Below are positions 42,318 to 57,655 of a DNA stretch of 64,000 nucleotides, piece by piece. Numbering within the stretch: the first letter of the stretch is position 1; every line of letters begins with the position of its first letter. The position numbers and the translations under genes were made by a program. Location: the NCBI GenBank assembly GCA_951406725.2, contig OX597817.1:59706001-59770000 (forward strand). The letters run 5' to 3'. Source of the stretch: Octopus vulgaris. Its lineage: Eukaryota. Under the pieces are notes generated by a model. That model searched no databases. It was not told the origin of the DNA and saw only the letters and a program-made list of their open reading frames with translations.

Positions 42318-44401
42318 GTAAGTGGATTGCCAATTTACTCTCCCTCTCTTTGTCTTTCTCTCCCTTTCTTTCTCTCTCTCTTTCTCTCCCTCTCTCATTG
42401 TATGAATTAATTGACTGACAAGGGACTAAGAATTATGTAACCAACATCATTAACATCGCAGTTTGTTTCTGCAGTGTACTCAGATTTTAAAAGCTCTGAA
42501 GAAGCTATCGGATGTTGCCCAAGCTCTCAGCTCTGAGAGCATTGCTTCTTTTAGCAGAAACATCTGTAAGCCAATGAAGCTGATTATGTATTTTCAGTTC
42601 TTGTCATTCAATCAATTTATATTATGCTCTCTACTTTACTCTAAAGCATATCTTTATTGAGTCCTAACATCAGGTTGTCTCACTATGTCTATGCAAAATC
42701 ATCACAAATATGCACACAAGAATTGGTAATTCTGAAACATGGTATTGATTTTTTTTTTAATATTCCATGTTGAGGATCTTTCAGCCCCACCCGACTTATT
42801 ATTCTCTACATACACGGAAGATATTAATGTGACTGATTTTGCATCTCAAACATCTGAAATCAGTGTCTGCGAGAAAATCCTGGTCGGAGACAATATGCAA
42901 AAAGATTGGGTTCCATTTGCTCTCAATATTTCTCATTTCTTTTGGTTAGTGTTTTTTAGGAGCAGAGGCACAGCTGTGTGCTTAAGAAATTTACTCTTCA
43001 ACCACATAGATTTTGGTTCAGTGCCACTGTGTGGCACCTTGGGCAAGTGCCATCTTCTATAGCTCCAGGCTGACCAAAGCCTTGTGAGTGGATTTGGCAG
43101 ACAGAAATGAAAATAAATCTGTCCTATATATCTTCCTCATCATCTTCTTCCATTTTAACATCCATTTTCTGTGCTGCTATGCATTGGATGGCTTGACAGG
43201 ACCCAACAAGCCACAGGGCTGCACCATGTCCCTTTGTCTGCACTGGCATCATCTCTATAGCTGGATGACCTTCCTAATGCTAGCAGTTGGACTGGTGGGG
43301 GGAAGCTTGTTTTCATGCCACCAGCACTAGTGAGATTGCCGACTAACTGGGAAGACAGGAAAACACCCCGCCTAAACAGCGTGTGCCTGGGGGAGTTGGT
43401 TTTACACTAGGTGTTGGTGGTGGTTAAAGTTTGGAAGGAGGGACAAGTCCAGATGTGTTACTATGGTGAATATAAATATTTGCCCCACATTATATAAGAG
43501 TGGATGGGACTAGCTAGGAAGTAAGAAGAGATGGTTGTTATGGTGAGCCAGTGCAAACCCTCTAGGAGCCAGAAAAGATATGGATGAGGAGGAGAAAGAA
43601 GGGGGAGAGTGACAACAGATGGTTAGAGATAGGGGTTAGAAGTGAAGGCGGTGACAAACGAGTGGGAGTGCAGCTTGGTGGGAAGTAGCAGTATTGAGGG
43701 AAGGGGTAAGGGGAGAGATAATAAAGGCTGAAGGATAACAGATCAGGAAGTAGGGGACAATGATCAAGGAGTGGAAGGGAGGGAGACATGATGATGGTAT
43801 GTAAATGTGGCCATGGTTAGTGGACATGGTAGCTGATGGAGGAGGGCATTGGGAATGAAAGCAGATATGAGATGGAGAGTCACTGGAGGGAGAGATAGGA
43901 GGGAATTGGTGAACATGGGAAAGGATGAGGATGGAAATGCAGGCTGGAGGCAGTGACTGGTAACGCAAAGAGTTAGGGGATGTGATGGTATGTGTGCCAA
44001 GGGGGGGGGGGAGGATGGGGAAAGAGTGATGTGGGGAATATTTGATGGAGCAGAATGAGCATAGGAACAGGGCCTAGCATGCACCCATAGACAATGCTTT
44101 TAGGACATGCGTGCGTGTGTGTGTGTTTGTATCTCCTTGTTGTGACTTTCTGTAATAACTGTAAATTCATTCATTTCCAATATTCTGTGGAATCATCTGT
44201 GGCCAGGGAGAAATGTTACTTTGCTTGGAAGCAAGGGAGGGTTGGCCACAGAAAGGGCATTTGGCCATAGAAAATCCGCCTCACTAGTTTCTTCTTCACT
44301 TTTTAACCTTGAAGAAAAGAAATATGTGCATTTTTTTGTCTTTTTTTTGTGTGTAGTGTATTATGATTGTTTAATTACTAACTTATTATTTTAATATTTA
44401 G

Positions 44402-44489
44402 CTTGTTGCTGGTCTTTACACCTTGAAACTTGAAGTCACTGGAAACAACCGAGCTGGTGAAGCCTATGTCAATGTAACTGTTATCCCAC
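44402..44489 (+). CDS. KIAA0319L: PKD cassette copy 2, exon C
   Basis: Same as copy 1. Confidence 0.88.
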
Positions 44490-45201
44490 GTAAGTAATGA
44501 AAATAACCACCTGCATTGTGTTGTGTTGCTCTCATTAGACGGAATGGTCAGAAATGGTTAAGAAGCTTTCTTGACAATCGCAAGGTCCTACTTCTTGGCA
44601 TTTTGAGCAAATGTCTTTTACTGTAGCTTCACATCAAGACAAGCCTTCTGAGTGAAATTGGGTTGATTGAAACTGTAGGGAAGCCCATCAAACAAATCAT
44701 ATTTGTAATTCAATCCTTTAGCATTCAGGGGCATTTTGTCTGTTTTTACATTCTGAGTTCAAATCCCACCAATGTCGACTTTGTCTTTCATCCTTCCAGG
44801 GTTGATGGAATCAACTAGACTCTCCTCCACTAAAATTTCAGGCTTTATCCCTTATCACAGAAAAGACTTTAATTATTATCAAGGCTATTAATTGCTATAT
44901 TAATTAGCAGGGATTTTATCTTGAGGTTTGGTGACAACAATTCTCCTCAAATCTCAAGAATCTTTCTTAGGATTCTCAAAGAATATGGAATGGTACTTTT
45001 CTGCAGGTTGACATTGTGAGTCTCAGTTCCAATAGTTTTCAGTCTTTTTGGTAACATTTTCAGTGTTGTGCCAAGAGCATTCTTTACCACAGGAAGGAAC
45101 TTTTGAAATTTTTGTCTTCCACAATTTCTTCTTCTCTTTGATTAGTCCCAGATATTTCTCAATTTTCTCTAAATATTATCATTATTATTATTATTATTTA
45201 G

Positions 45202-45291
45202 CAAAGAGGATTAATAAACCCCCAGTCGCTATAATTAAACCAACATCTCTCCAGATCAAGTTACCTACATCTGCTATCCTTGACGGCTCAG
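45202..45291 (+). CDS. KIAA0319L: PKD cassette copy 2, exon D
   Basis: Same as copy 1. Confidence 0.88.
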
Positions 45292-45476
45292 GTGAGTAGA
45301 CAGGCAGACACCACTGTCTTATGTAGATTTCTATGTATGTGTATCTGTGTATCTGTGTGTGTGTGTGTGCATGTATGTGTGTCTATGTGTAGGTTTTTTT
45401 TTTACATTTTATTCAGCTATAATATGTATTGAATAAATACTAATGCTAAGTACTAATACTACTAATTCTGTGTGTC

Positions 45477-45509
<33 letters not shown>

Positions 45510-47090
45510 CTGACTGCTTGTATTTTCTCATATATTTGTGTGTGTGTATATATATATCTTTCATTTATTCATTTAAATGTACAGAGTTCACAGGAAATGG
45601 TACAGCATCATGGTGCTGTTAAACTGGGTGGTTTGTTAAATGTCTCACCTGAAAATGTGGACAAAGAAAACATGAATAATGTCTTTGTGGATTTTCATGC
45701 TTCTTCCTCTATGTCTAAAAATTATTGAATAAAAGCCTTTTATATTGTTGTTCAGTCACATATGGCATAAACCCACCTGATGGCACTTGCTTGTAGCGAA
45801 TCTCAACACCTCCTCCTCTTGAAGACGCTTAAATGATGTTAGTGTTCTGTTTAAATCTGTGCCCTGACACAGCTTCACCATCTTCTCTTTCTCATACTGA
45901 GGTAGCCATGTATCTCCTGCACAGCAAAAGACCTGTCTCAGTCCGGCTATCATACTCTAACCCCTCATCACCTGTCATCTCCCTTAGTATGACACCACCT
46001 TCAGTTGAGGGGTCTTGTCATGGTGTTAGGAAGGACATCATCCAGCTGTGGAAATCCTGGCAAAATGAATGTTGGAGCTTGGTGCAGTCCTCTAACTCCC
46101 AAGCTCCTGTCAAACTGTCCAACCCATGCCAGTATGGAAAACGGACATTAAATGACAATGGTAGGAAATTAAAAAACTAAAAGTTGGTTCATATATTCAG
46201 TGAAAAACAAAAAATTAAACATTTAGCTAATGACTAATGTTACTTTCAATTGGAATTATGGAAGATAACTCAAGACATTTCAGGATTTATATGGGGTTCT
46301 TCAGCAGAAATGTTTTATTTACTGAATATACAGAATTTGTTGTTGTGGAGAGAAAGGTATATAATTGTCTGTCTCTGGAACTGATGAATCCTTGAATAAT
46401 TCTTTTCCTGATCACATTTCAGTTTGTTTAAACTGAAAAACCAATCTTCTCAATTTGACATCAACTCAACATAAACCACATCAATCAAAACTAGTCTGGG
46501 AAGCATCAAAGTTACTTCTCCTCCTCTCACTTACATTCCATGCCACTACACTCCCATGCTTGCACACCTCCACACACCCCAAGAAACCACATGCACCCTA
46601 TACCACCATACCCCTGCCGATCTCTATTCACAGAATCCAGTCTCGTCTGGATTTAACAGTCTCTATCTTAGTCGTCCACCGTTCATTCTTATGATGACAT
46701 GTACACACCACCCTACCTCTTCCTTCCTTTTTAACCCTTACAGCTACATTCCCACCTAGCCCCTAACCTTTCTTTCCAAGCACTTTTTCTCGTTCTTTCC
46801 TCATACATTCGTTTTTTTCCTGAAGAACTAATCTCTGAAACATGGAGACAGTTTCCCTCATTAAGTGTTAAACATCATTGGTTATAAGGTTTCCCTTCCA
46901 TGTTGTCTTCTTCAAGGCAGTGCCCCAGCATGGCTGCAGTCCAATAATTGAAACAAGTAAAAGGTAAAAGACCATTGTCTTTGCTCTGGGGATAGAATTT
47001 CATTTGCCCTGCAAAGGTTTGTCATGTGAATGCTTGTCCCCTGCTCCAATTGCTGTTACTAACGGCACTTTCTTGCTTCCATATTTGCAG

Positions 47091-47223
47091 ACAGCACAGA
47101 TGACATGAAAGTCGTCAAGTATAAATGGGAAGAGGTTAGTGGTCCCATCAATGACCGACCCATCGAAAGTAATGCATCCATGTTGAAACTCAATCATCTG
47201 GAACCAGGGAAATATCAGTTTAA
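47091..47223 (+). CDS. KIAA0319L: PKD cassette copy 2, exon E
   Basis: Same as copy 1. Confidence 0.88.
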
Positions 47224-47945
47224 GTAAGTAAATTCCATCTCGTCTTCATTTTTTTCCATGTTAAATGGAAATAAGTCATTTTTCACTTTGATTTTCTCTT
47301 CATCTTTCATGTTTTGAATGCATTTAATACTTGTGTTTTGAGTTGTTATGTAAGATAACCATTACATAATAATATTACCCTCATCAGTCAACATTTTAAA
47401 ATATAAAGATATATAAAAATCTGGCCTGTATTTAGTAGTTGTCTGGATAGTCTTAGAAACCCACCAAAGTACAAAGAAGGTGGAGGGAGATAGGTTGAGA
47501 AAGGTGTGTGTAAGAGGTAGGGGAAATATGAGTAAATAAATATATTATTAAACAGGCAATAAAGCCTAATTGCAGAGATGAAATAAAAAGAACGCAGAAA
47601 AAGAAAAAAGAAAGAACAGTAACTGATAAACATTAGACACCAAGTGATAGACAAAAAATATAGACAGGAGGGTGCCAAATATAACATCTAATTACTCATA
47701 AAATAACTGAAAAAAAAATGAAGGAGTTTCAGCCATTTCTAATGGATCATAGCATCTTTGACAATTCTTTTTGTGCCTTATAATTTAACACACTCGGCAG
47801 TAAAATTTCCACTTATTTTTATTTTCCTAAAATTTTTGTTGTGTCTTGCAACCTTTTCAAAATCCAAAAATGAAATCTCTGACAATGTTTGTAGTATCAT
47901 TGACTTTCTATAGAACAGATGTAAACACACCCACACACACATTTG

Positions 47946-47989
<44 letters not shown>

Positions 47990-48519
47990 CACTGCTGAGT
48001 GGTTGGTGTTAGGAAGGGCATCCAGCAGTAAAAATCCTGTCAAGACAGTCACGGAATTCTGGTGCAGGCTTCTGCGCCTGGCTGGCTCTTGTCAAACCAT
48101 CCCACCCATGTTAGCATGGAAGGCGGATATTAAACAGTGATGATGATGAAATACATAAGCATATATACATGTATATTCTCACATATATGTACAAACACAT
48201 ACAACTGTGCATATACACACATACAAGCTAAGAAGAATAGTAGTGATGGGGTCTCTGGAACAATTGCTTGATACAGTAGAAACTTTTGTATCATTCAAAC
48301 ATACTGGAAATGTTACCATTAACCATTCTGGCCTGAGGATTGCCCTAAGCATGAAACTTTTGAGAAATTAGTTGTGAAGTGACTGGACCTAACGACATAG
48401 AATATTTACTGTCCTTTACTCTACCACATTTGAGGAATGTGTGTTTTTAAGTATAAATATGTATTTTTGTATACATAGATACATACACACACGTTTATAA
48501 AATTCATTTTTATTTTCAG

Positions 48520-48584
48520 GTTAACCGTGACTGATTCTGATGGTGCCACAAATTCCACTTTAGCTAATGTTACCGCTATTAAAG
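48520..48584 (+). CDS. KIAA0319L: PKD cassette copy 2, exon F
   Basis: Same as copy 1. Confidence 0.88.
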
Positions 48585-51073
48585 GTTTGTATATTTCCAT
48601 TTCTTTTACAAATTATACACAAGGCTGTTGAGTTTCATTTCCTGAATATTAAAATAATGCTTTACATGAGCCAACCAGTTTTTTTATAAGTTTGTATTTG
48701 TAAAACTAAACTGAAGTAAACCAGAACACAAAACATCTGGAGGCCCCCAACTCTTACCTGCATTCCAAGCAAGGTATTTTTGTTTCATTCCACTGGTATT
48801 CATATGTCAAAGCTTAAACTGTTTATTGGAGATTATAAACAAAGAAAGGCGCAGGCATGGCTGTGTGGCAAGAAGCTTGCTTCCCAACCACATGGTCCCA
48901 GGTTCAATCCCACTGTATAGCACTTTGGGCAAGTATCTTCTATTATAGCCTTGGGCCAACCAAAACCTTGTGAGTGGATTTGGTAGATGGAAACTGAAAG
49001 AAGCCTGTCGTTTATGTGTATATATGTTTGTGTGTCTGTGTTTCACCCCATACCATCATTTGACAACCGATGTTGGTGTGTTTACATCCCCGTAACTTAG
49101 CAGTTTGGCAAAAGAGATTGATAGAATAAATACTAGGCTTATAAAGAATAAGTCCTGAGGTCGATTTGTTCGGCTAAAGGTGGTGCTCCAGCATGGCCAC
49201 AGTCAATTGACTGAAATGAGTAAAAGAAAATAAAAGAATAAAGATGCTGCTTTTTGCTCAGACTACATTGAGGACACGTGGAATGACATCTTCACACTCA
49301 CTTAAACACACACACACACACACATAACAAGCTTTTTCTCAGTTTCATTTCTTAGTCCCACTCACAAGGCATTGTTTGGCCTAAAACTACGACAGAAAAC
49401 TCTTGGCCAAGGTGCCACCACATAGCAGGACTGAAAACCTCAACCAGGATCCTGTCAGAATGTCCAACTCATACCAGCATGGAAAGCAGGTGGGAAATGA
49501 TGATAATACACACAACAGATACGTGGGATGAAGTAGTGAAGGCCAAAGACAAAGGACCAAGATATCTGGTGCCTTGCTGTACTCGGGGAGACCTCTTCAC
49601 CACAGCTGAATTGATATCCTAAGCCACATTGGTTAATTGCTCCCCTCCCAGCTGAAGGGGGTTTTGTCTTGCAAGTTATTTGGTGACCCTGGTGGTACTG
49701 GCACCACCTAAGAAGCACCTGTGCCGGTGCCATGTAAAAAGCACTCAATACACTGTGTAAAGCAAACCCAGTCATAGAAATTATGCCAAGACAGATGGTT
49801 GGAATGTGGTGCAGCTCTTCAGCCTTGCCAGCTCTGGTGAAACTGTCCAACCCATGCCAGCAAGGAAAGCAGACATTAAATAATGATGATGATGATCATT
49901 ATCATTTAATGTTCATTTTCCATGCTAGCTTTGGTTGAATGGTTTGATGATCCAACATGCAATAGGGCCGTGTGTCAAGTTCCAGTACCTGCTACACTCT
50001 TGGAGTGGTTGGCATTAGGAAGGGCATCCAGCTGTTGAAACATTGCCAGATCGGATTGGAGCCTGGTGCGGCCTCCTGGCTTGCCAGTCTCCAGTCAAAC
50101 CGTCCAACCCATGCCAGCATGGAAAGCAAACATTAAACGATGATGATGATGATGACAAGGCAGTGGTATTTGTTGTTATATTTTTGATTCAGAGGAAGAA
50201 ATGTGTGTGTGTGTGTGATGGTCTGTCCCACTGAGAATGATATACAAGCTTCCAGTTTGATCAGCAAAATTGTCTACTCATCATGCTCAGGTGGATTGCA
50301 ACTGTGCCTCCCCTTGACATATTTCTCTTTGATGTGAATCTGAATAACAAAGTCTAGTGGATGGCAAGTAATGGATGCTGTACATGATACATCGCCATTT
50401 AATGTCTGTGTTCCTTTCTGGTATGGACTGGACACTTTGACCAGGATCTGACAGTTCCAAGCATGACATTGTCCTCTAGTTTCTGCTTTCGTTGGATGCC
50501 CTTCCTAATCTCACCAATCACTTTTCGGTGCTTTTTTTCATGGTACCATTGAGGTCATCATGCAGCTCACATGACGAAAACCCAAGGCAGGACGGGCAGT
50601 TTAGTAAAGTATTATGGGATGGAAGTAGGGGCGACTGGGGTCTTGTAGAGGGGCTACACAGCTGTTCACAGGGATGAGAATGATACATTCCTAATTTATT
50701 AAAAGTTCCTCATCTTGGACTGATAGAAAACAAAGATTTGGTAAATCTTAGCAACTGTGAATGAGGAAGGGAGATAAATCCAGAAATGGTGAACTTTTTT
50801 TACATGTATTTGGATTAGTGAAGACTTTGCCTTTTCTCTTTTGACACTTATTTTCATCTAAAATAAGACAATCTGACTGACAGACAAATTTCCATTCACT
50901 AATATGTTATAGAACCACTGCACTGAGTCTTCTACCTGCGCATATGGCCTAATTTGACAGCTACACTGTTTCGATACTCAACATTCTTCAGCTAGATTTT
51001 TTTCATTCAGTTGATGTCTACAGACATAATGTCTGTTTCTCAGCTTTTGACTTTTGCAATTCTTCTCTTCCAG

Positions 51074-51172
51074 TGCCTCCATTAAAAGTGTCTGCTGGCA
51101 CCAACAAACGTCTGCAACTTCCCAAGAATAAAATTTTTATTACCGCATATGTTATGGATGAGCCATTAGAAG
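51074..51172 (+). CDS. KIAA0319L: PKD cassette copy 3, exon A (KNKIFITA)
   Basis: Same as copy 1. Confidence 0.9.
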
Positions 51173-52579
51173 GTAAATCAGATTTCAATTTTTCCTTGTT
51201 TGTATTTTTTCTTTTTAAATTAATGTTTTCACAGGTGCAGGCTGGCTGTGTGCTTGAGAAGTTCGCTTCCCTGTCATGTAGTTTTGGGTTCAGCCCCACT
51301 GCACAGCACCTTAGGCAGCTGTCTTCTACTATACCCCTGGGCCAACCAGTACATTGTGAGTGAAAGAAGCAGTGTGTTTATTGTAGTTAAATGTCACTAT
51401 CATACAAGCAGCGTCCATTCATTTGCAATCTGCTGTGAAAACCTGTCCAGTTCTTTGGTTTTTCATGTTTGAAGGACTCGAGGGAAATGTTGCCTTGCTT
51501 GGAAGCATGGAGAGGATGGTAACAAGGAAAACATACAGCTGTATAAAATATACTTCAATAAATTTCACCTGACTTCTTGTGCAAGCACGGAAAAGAGGAC
51601 ATTCAAAGCAACCTTTTATTTGATTCCAACCATGCTGGGACACTGCCTTGAATGAAAATATTTTTCATTGTCTGCTAGGATTGGAATCCAGATCTACTGT
51701 AAATCCTGCAGCTGTGGTCACCATTTAGTCAAACGGCTATTTTTTTCATGGATGATGTTTCTTGTATGGTTCCGGAATGTCAGCCACAGCGTTTTTCTTC
51801 ATGTTGTTCAATTTTCGAAGTTTGGATCCTGTGTATTCTGTTCTCTTCTCTAAAGACCCAGCTGGGCTGGTGGCTTGTGTCGGTTGGCCTCATGGTTACA
51901 GTGGAGATAGGGACTGACTGGGACACTGCACCAGGGGTTGCTCAGGACAACCCAAGCAGATACCCAAGAAATGGTGAATGTAGCAATGCACTGCAATGGC
52001 ACATGCTTGATGCTTTCATCAAAATCCAATTTTATTTTCATGGTTTTAGTCAAACGACAACAGGATGTGCTTTCCTTGCATACATCATGGCTATTAATGA
52101 TGTATACGAGTGTTTTATATCTTGCTTAGCTGAATATACTTGCTGTATACAATAGGATATATACACAAGTGTATATAGAAACTCAGTCAAGCCTGAACTG
52201 GCTTTACAGCTTGCTCCACCAAATCGTAAACAAATTTGCAATATCTTTCCATGCATAAAATTTTGAACGAATGAAAAAAGAGAAGAATGAAATGCCATGG
52301 AAGAAGTTTGCATATTTCTTTGTTGTTGACATTCGTTTATGTTTTCGGTAAAGAATGGGCTGCATTGTAGGTGCGCGCCTGTAAAGGTGTGGCTTGGACT
52401 ATGTCACTGTGAAGTTACTAAAATAGTTTAGTTATATATTATGTAACTGTGAACTTAGCCACCAGACTGAATAAGAATCTGTTAAAATATCTTGGATGAA
52501 TGCTACAGTTAGTTTGCCTTTTCCTATTTACATTAAGTATGATATATGGATGACTATTTTAATCTAATATTGCTTTTGT

Positions 52580-52627
<48 letters not shown>

Positions 52628-52646
52628 CTTGCTTTTCTAATTGCAG

Positions 52647-52750
52647 GAAAGGAGTTCCATTACAAATGGTCAATGATAACATTCCCTAAAGGTGCTGAGA
52701 AACAAGGGTCAATGACTGGACCAGACAGTCAGACATTTATTCTCAAAGAT
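52647..52750 (+). CDS. KIAA0319L: PKD cassette copy 3, exon B
   Basis: Intact, 104 nt. Confidence 0.9.
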
Positions 52751-54832
52751 GTAAGTGGATTGCCAATTTACTCTCCCTCTCTTTGTCTTTCTCTCCCTTT
52801 CTTTCTCTCTCTCTTTCTCTCCCTCTCTCATTGTATGAATTAATTGACTGACAAGGGACTAAGAATTATGTAACCAACATCATTAACATCGCAGTTTGTT
52901 TCTGCAGTGTACTCAGATTTTAAAAGCTCTGAAGAAGCTATCGGATGTTGCCCAAGCTCTCAGCTCTGAGAGCATTGCTTCTTTTAGCAGAAACATCTGT
53001 AAGCCAATGAAGCTGATTATGTATTTTCAGTTCTTGTCATTCAATCAATTTATATTATGCTCTCTACTTTACTCTAAAGCATATCTTTATTGAGTCCTAA
53101 CATCAGGTTGTCTCACTATGTCTATGCAAAATCATCACAAATATGCACACAAGAATTGGTAATTCTGAAACATGGTATTGATTTTTTTTTAATATTCCAT
53201 GTTGAGGATCTTTCAGCCCCACCCGACTTATTATTCTCTACATACACGGAAGATATTAATGTGACTGATTTTGCATCTCAAACATCTGAAATCAGTGTCT
53301 GCGAGAAAATCCTGGTCGGAGACAATATGCAAAAAGATTGGGTTCCATTTGCTCTCAATATTTCTCATTTCTTTTGGTTAGTGTTTTTTAGGAGCAGAGG
53401 CACGGCTGTGTGCTTAAGAAATTTACTCTTCAACCACATAGATTTTGGTTCAGTGCCACTGTGTGGCACCTTGGGCAAGTGCCATCTTCTATAGCTCCAG
53501 GCTGACCAAAGCCTTGTGAGTGGATTTGGCAGACAGAAATGAAAATAAATCTGTCCTATATATCTTCCTCATCATCTTCTTCCATTTTAACATCCATTTT
53601 CTGTGCTGCTATGCATTGGATGGCTTGACAGGACCCAACAAGCCACAGGGCTGCACCATGTCCCTTTGTCTGCACTGGCATCATCTCTATAGCTGGATGA
53701 CCTTCCTAATGCTAGCAGTTGGACTGGTGGGGGGAAGCTTGTTTTCATGCCACCAGCACTAGTGAGATTGCCGACTAACTGGGAAGACAGGAAAACACCC
53801 CGCCTAAACAGCGTGTGCCTGGGGGAGTTGGTTTTACACTAGGTGTTGGTGGTGGTTAAAGTTTGGAAGGAGGGACAAGTCCAGATGTGTTACTATGGTG
53901 AATATAAATATTTGCCCCACATTATATAAGAGTGGATGGGACTAGCTAGGAAGTAAGAAGAGATGGTTGTTATGGTGAGCCAGTGCAAACCCTCTAGGAG
54001 CCAGAAAAGATATGGATGAGGAGGAGAAAGAAGGGGGAGAGTGACAACAGATGGTTAGAGATAGGGGTTAGAAGTGAAGGCGGTGACAAACGAGTGGGAG
54101 TGCAGCTTGGTGGGAAGTAGCAGTATTGAGGGAAGGGGTAAGGGGAGAGATAAAAAAGGCTGAAGGATAACAGATCAGGAAGTAGGGGACAATGATCAAG
54201 GAGTGGAAGGGAGGGAGACATGATGGTGGTATGTAAGTGTGGCCATGGTTAGTGGACATGGTAGCTGATGGAGGAGGGCATTGGGAATGAAAGCAGATAT
54301 GAGATGGAGAGTCACTGGAGGGAGAGATAGGAGGGAATTGGTGAACATGGGAAAGGATGAGGATGGAAATGCAGGCTGGAGGCAGTGACTGGTAACGCAA
54401 AGAGTTAGGGGATGTGATGGTATGTGTGCCAAGGGGGGGAGGATGGGGAAAGAGTGATGTGGGGAATATTTGATGGAGCAGAATGAGCATAGGAACAGGG
54501 CCTAGCATGCACCCATAGACAATGCTTTTAGGACATGCGTGCGTGTGTGTGTGTTTGTATCTCCTTGTTGTGACTTTCTGTAATAACTGTAAATTCATTC
54601 ATTTCCAATATTCTGTGGAATCATCTGTGGCCAGGGAGAAATGTTACTTTGCTTGGAAGCAAGGGAGGGTTGGCCACAGAAAGGGCATTTGGCCATAGAA
54701 AATCCGCCTCACTAGTTTCTTCTTCTTCACTTTTTAACCTTGAAGAAAAGAAATATGTGCATTTTTTTGTCTTTTTTTTGTGTGTAGTGTATTATGATTG
54801 TTTAATTACTAACTTATTATTTTAATATTTAG

Positions 54833-54920
54833 CTTGTTGCTGGTCTTTACACCTTGAAACTTGAAGTCACTGGAAACAACCGAGCTGGTGAAGCCTATGT
54901 CAATGTAACTGTTATCCCAC
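54833..54920 (+). CDS. KIAA0319L: PKD cassette copy 3, exon C
   Basis: Same as copy 1. Confidence 0.9.
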
Positions 54921-55632
54921 GTAAGTAATGAAAATAACCACCTGCATTGTGTTGTGTTGCTCTCATTAGACGGAATGGTCAGAAATGGTTAAGAAGCTTT
55001 CTTGACAATCGCAAGGTCCTACTTCTTGGCATTTTGAGCAAATGTCTTTTACTGTAGCTTCACATCAAGACAAGCCTTCTGAGTGAAATTGGGTTGATTG
55101 AAACTGTAGGGAAGCCCATCAAACAAATCATATTTGTAATTCAATCCTTTAGCATTCAGGGGCATTTTGTCTGTTTTTACATTCTGAGTTCAAATCCCAC
55201 CAATGTCGACTTTGTCTTTCATCCTTCCAGGGTTGATGGAATCAACTAGACTCTCCTCCACTAAAATTTCAGGCTTTATCCCTTATCACAGAAAAGACTT
55301 TAATTATTATCAAGGCTATTAATTGCTATATTAATTAGCAGGGATTTTATCTTGAGGTTTGGTGACAACAATTCTCCTCAAATCTCAAGAATCTTTCTTA
55401 GGATTCTCAAAGAATATGGAATGGTACTTTTCTGCAGGTTGACATTGTGAGTCTCAGTTCCAATAGTTTTCAGTCTTTTTGGTAACATTTTCAGTGTTGT
55501 GCCAAGAGCATTCTTTACCACAGGAAGGAACTTTTGAAATTTTTGTCTTCCACAATTTCTTCTTCTCTTTGATTAGTCCCAGATATTTCTCAATTTTCTC
55601 TAAATATTATCATTATTATTATTATTATTTAG

Positions 55633-55722
55633 CAAAGAGGATTAATAAACCCCCAGTCGCTATAATTAAACCAACATCTCTCCAGATCAAGTTACCTACA
55701 TCTGCTATCCTTGACGGCTCAG
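55633..55722 (+). CDS. KIAA0319L: PKD cassette copy 3, exon D
   Basis: Same as copy 1. Confidence 0.9.
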
Positions 55723-55908
55723 GTGAGTAGACAGGCAGACACCACTGTCTTATGTAGATTTCTATGTATGTGTATCTGTGTATCTGTGTGTGTGTGTGTG
55801 CATGTATGTGTGTCTATGTGTAGGTTTTTTTTTTTACATTTTATTCAGCTATAATATGTATTGAATAAATACTAATGCTAAGTACTAATACTACTAATTC
55901 TGTGTGTC

Positions 55909-55941
<33 letters not shown>

Positions 55942-57522
55942 CTGACTGCTTGTATTTTCTCATATATTTGTGTGTGTGTATATATATATCTTTCATTTAT
56001 TCATTTAAATGTACAGAGTTCACAGGAAATGGTACAGCATCATGGTGCTGTTAAACTGGGTGGTTTGTTAAATGTCTCACCTGAAAATGTGGACAAAGAA
56101 AACATGAATAATGTCTTTGTGGATTTTCATGCTTCTTCCTCTATGTCTAAAAATTATTGAATAAAAGCCTTTTATATTGTTGTTCAGTCACATATGGCAT
56201 AAACCCACCTGATGGCACTTGCTTGTAGCGAATCTCAACACCTCCTCCTCTTGAAGACGCTTAAATGATGTTAGTGTTCTGTTTAAATCTGTGCCCTGAC
56301 ACAGCTTCACCATCTTCTCTTTCTCATACTGAGGTAGCCATGTATCTCCTGCACAGCAAAAGACCTGTCTCAGTCCGGCTATCATACTCTAACCCCTCAT
56401 CACCTGTCATCTCCCTTAGTATGACACCACCTTCAGTTGAGGGGTCTTGTCATGGTGTTAGGAAGGACATCATCCAGCTGTGGAAATCCTGGCAAAATGA
56501 ATGTTGGAGCTTGGTGCAGTCCTCTAACTCCCAAGCTCCTGTCAAACTGTCCAACCCATGCCAGTATGGAAAACGGACATTAAATGACAATGGTAGGAAA
56601 TTAAAAAACTAAAAGTTGGTTCATATATTCAGTGAAAAACAAAAAATTAAACATTTAGCTAATGACTAATGTTACTTTCAATTGGAATTATGGAAGATAA
56701 CTCAAGACATTTCAGGATTTATATGGGGTTCTTCAGCAGAAATGTTTTATTTACTGAATATACAGAATTTGTTGTTGTGGAGAGAAAGGTATATAATTGT
56801 CTGTCTCTGGAACTGATGAATCCTTGAATAATTCTTTTCCTGATCACATTTCAGTTTGTTTAAACTGAAAAACCAATCTTCTCAATTTGACATCAACTCA
56901 ACATAAACCACATCAATCAAAACTAGTCTGGGAAGCATCAAAGTTACTTCTCCTCCTCTCACTTACATTCCATGCCACTACACTCCCATGCTTGCACACC
57001 TCCACACACCCCAAGAAACCACATGCACCCTATACCACCATACCCCTGCCGATCTCTATTCACAGAATCCAGTCTCGTCTGGATTTAACAGTCTCTATCT
57101 TAGTCGTCCACCGTTCATTCTTATGATGACATGTACACACCACCCTACCTCTTCCTTCCTTTTTAACCCTTACAGCTACATTCCCACCTAGCCCCTAACC
57201 TTTCTTTCCAAGCACTTTTTCTCGTTCTTTCCTCATACATTCGTTTTTTTCCTGAAGAACTAATCTCTGAAACATGGAGACAGTTTCCCTCATTAAGTGT
57301 TAAACATCATTGGTTATAAGGTTTCCCTTCCATGTTGTCTTCTTCAAGGCAGTGCCCCAGCATGGCTGCAGTCCAATAATTGAAACAAGTAAAAGGTAAA
57401 AGACCATTGTCTTTGCTCTGGGGATAGAATTTCATTTGCCCTGCAAAGGTTTGTCATGTGAATGCTTGTCCCCTGCTCCAATTGCTGTTACTAACGGCAC
57501 TTTCTTGCTTCCATATTTGCAG

Positions 57523-57655
57523 ACAGCACAGATGACATGAAAGTCGTCAAGTATAAATGGGAAGAGGTTAGTGGTCCCATCAATGACCGACCCATCGAAA
57601 GTAATGCATCCATGTTGAAACTCAATCATCTGGAACCAGGGAAATATCAGTTTAA
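57523..57655 (+). CDS. KIAA0319L: PKD cassette copy 3, exon E
   Basis: Same as copy 1. Confidence 0.9.

Larger units (their letters stand above)
39546..49984 (+). repeat. Tandem duplication unit, copy 2 (10439 bp)
   Basis: Near-identical to copies 1, 3 and 4. Confidence 0.95.
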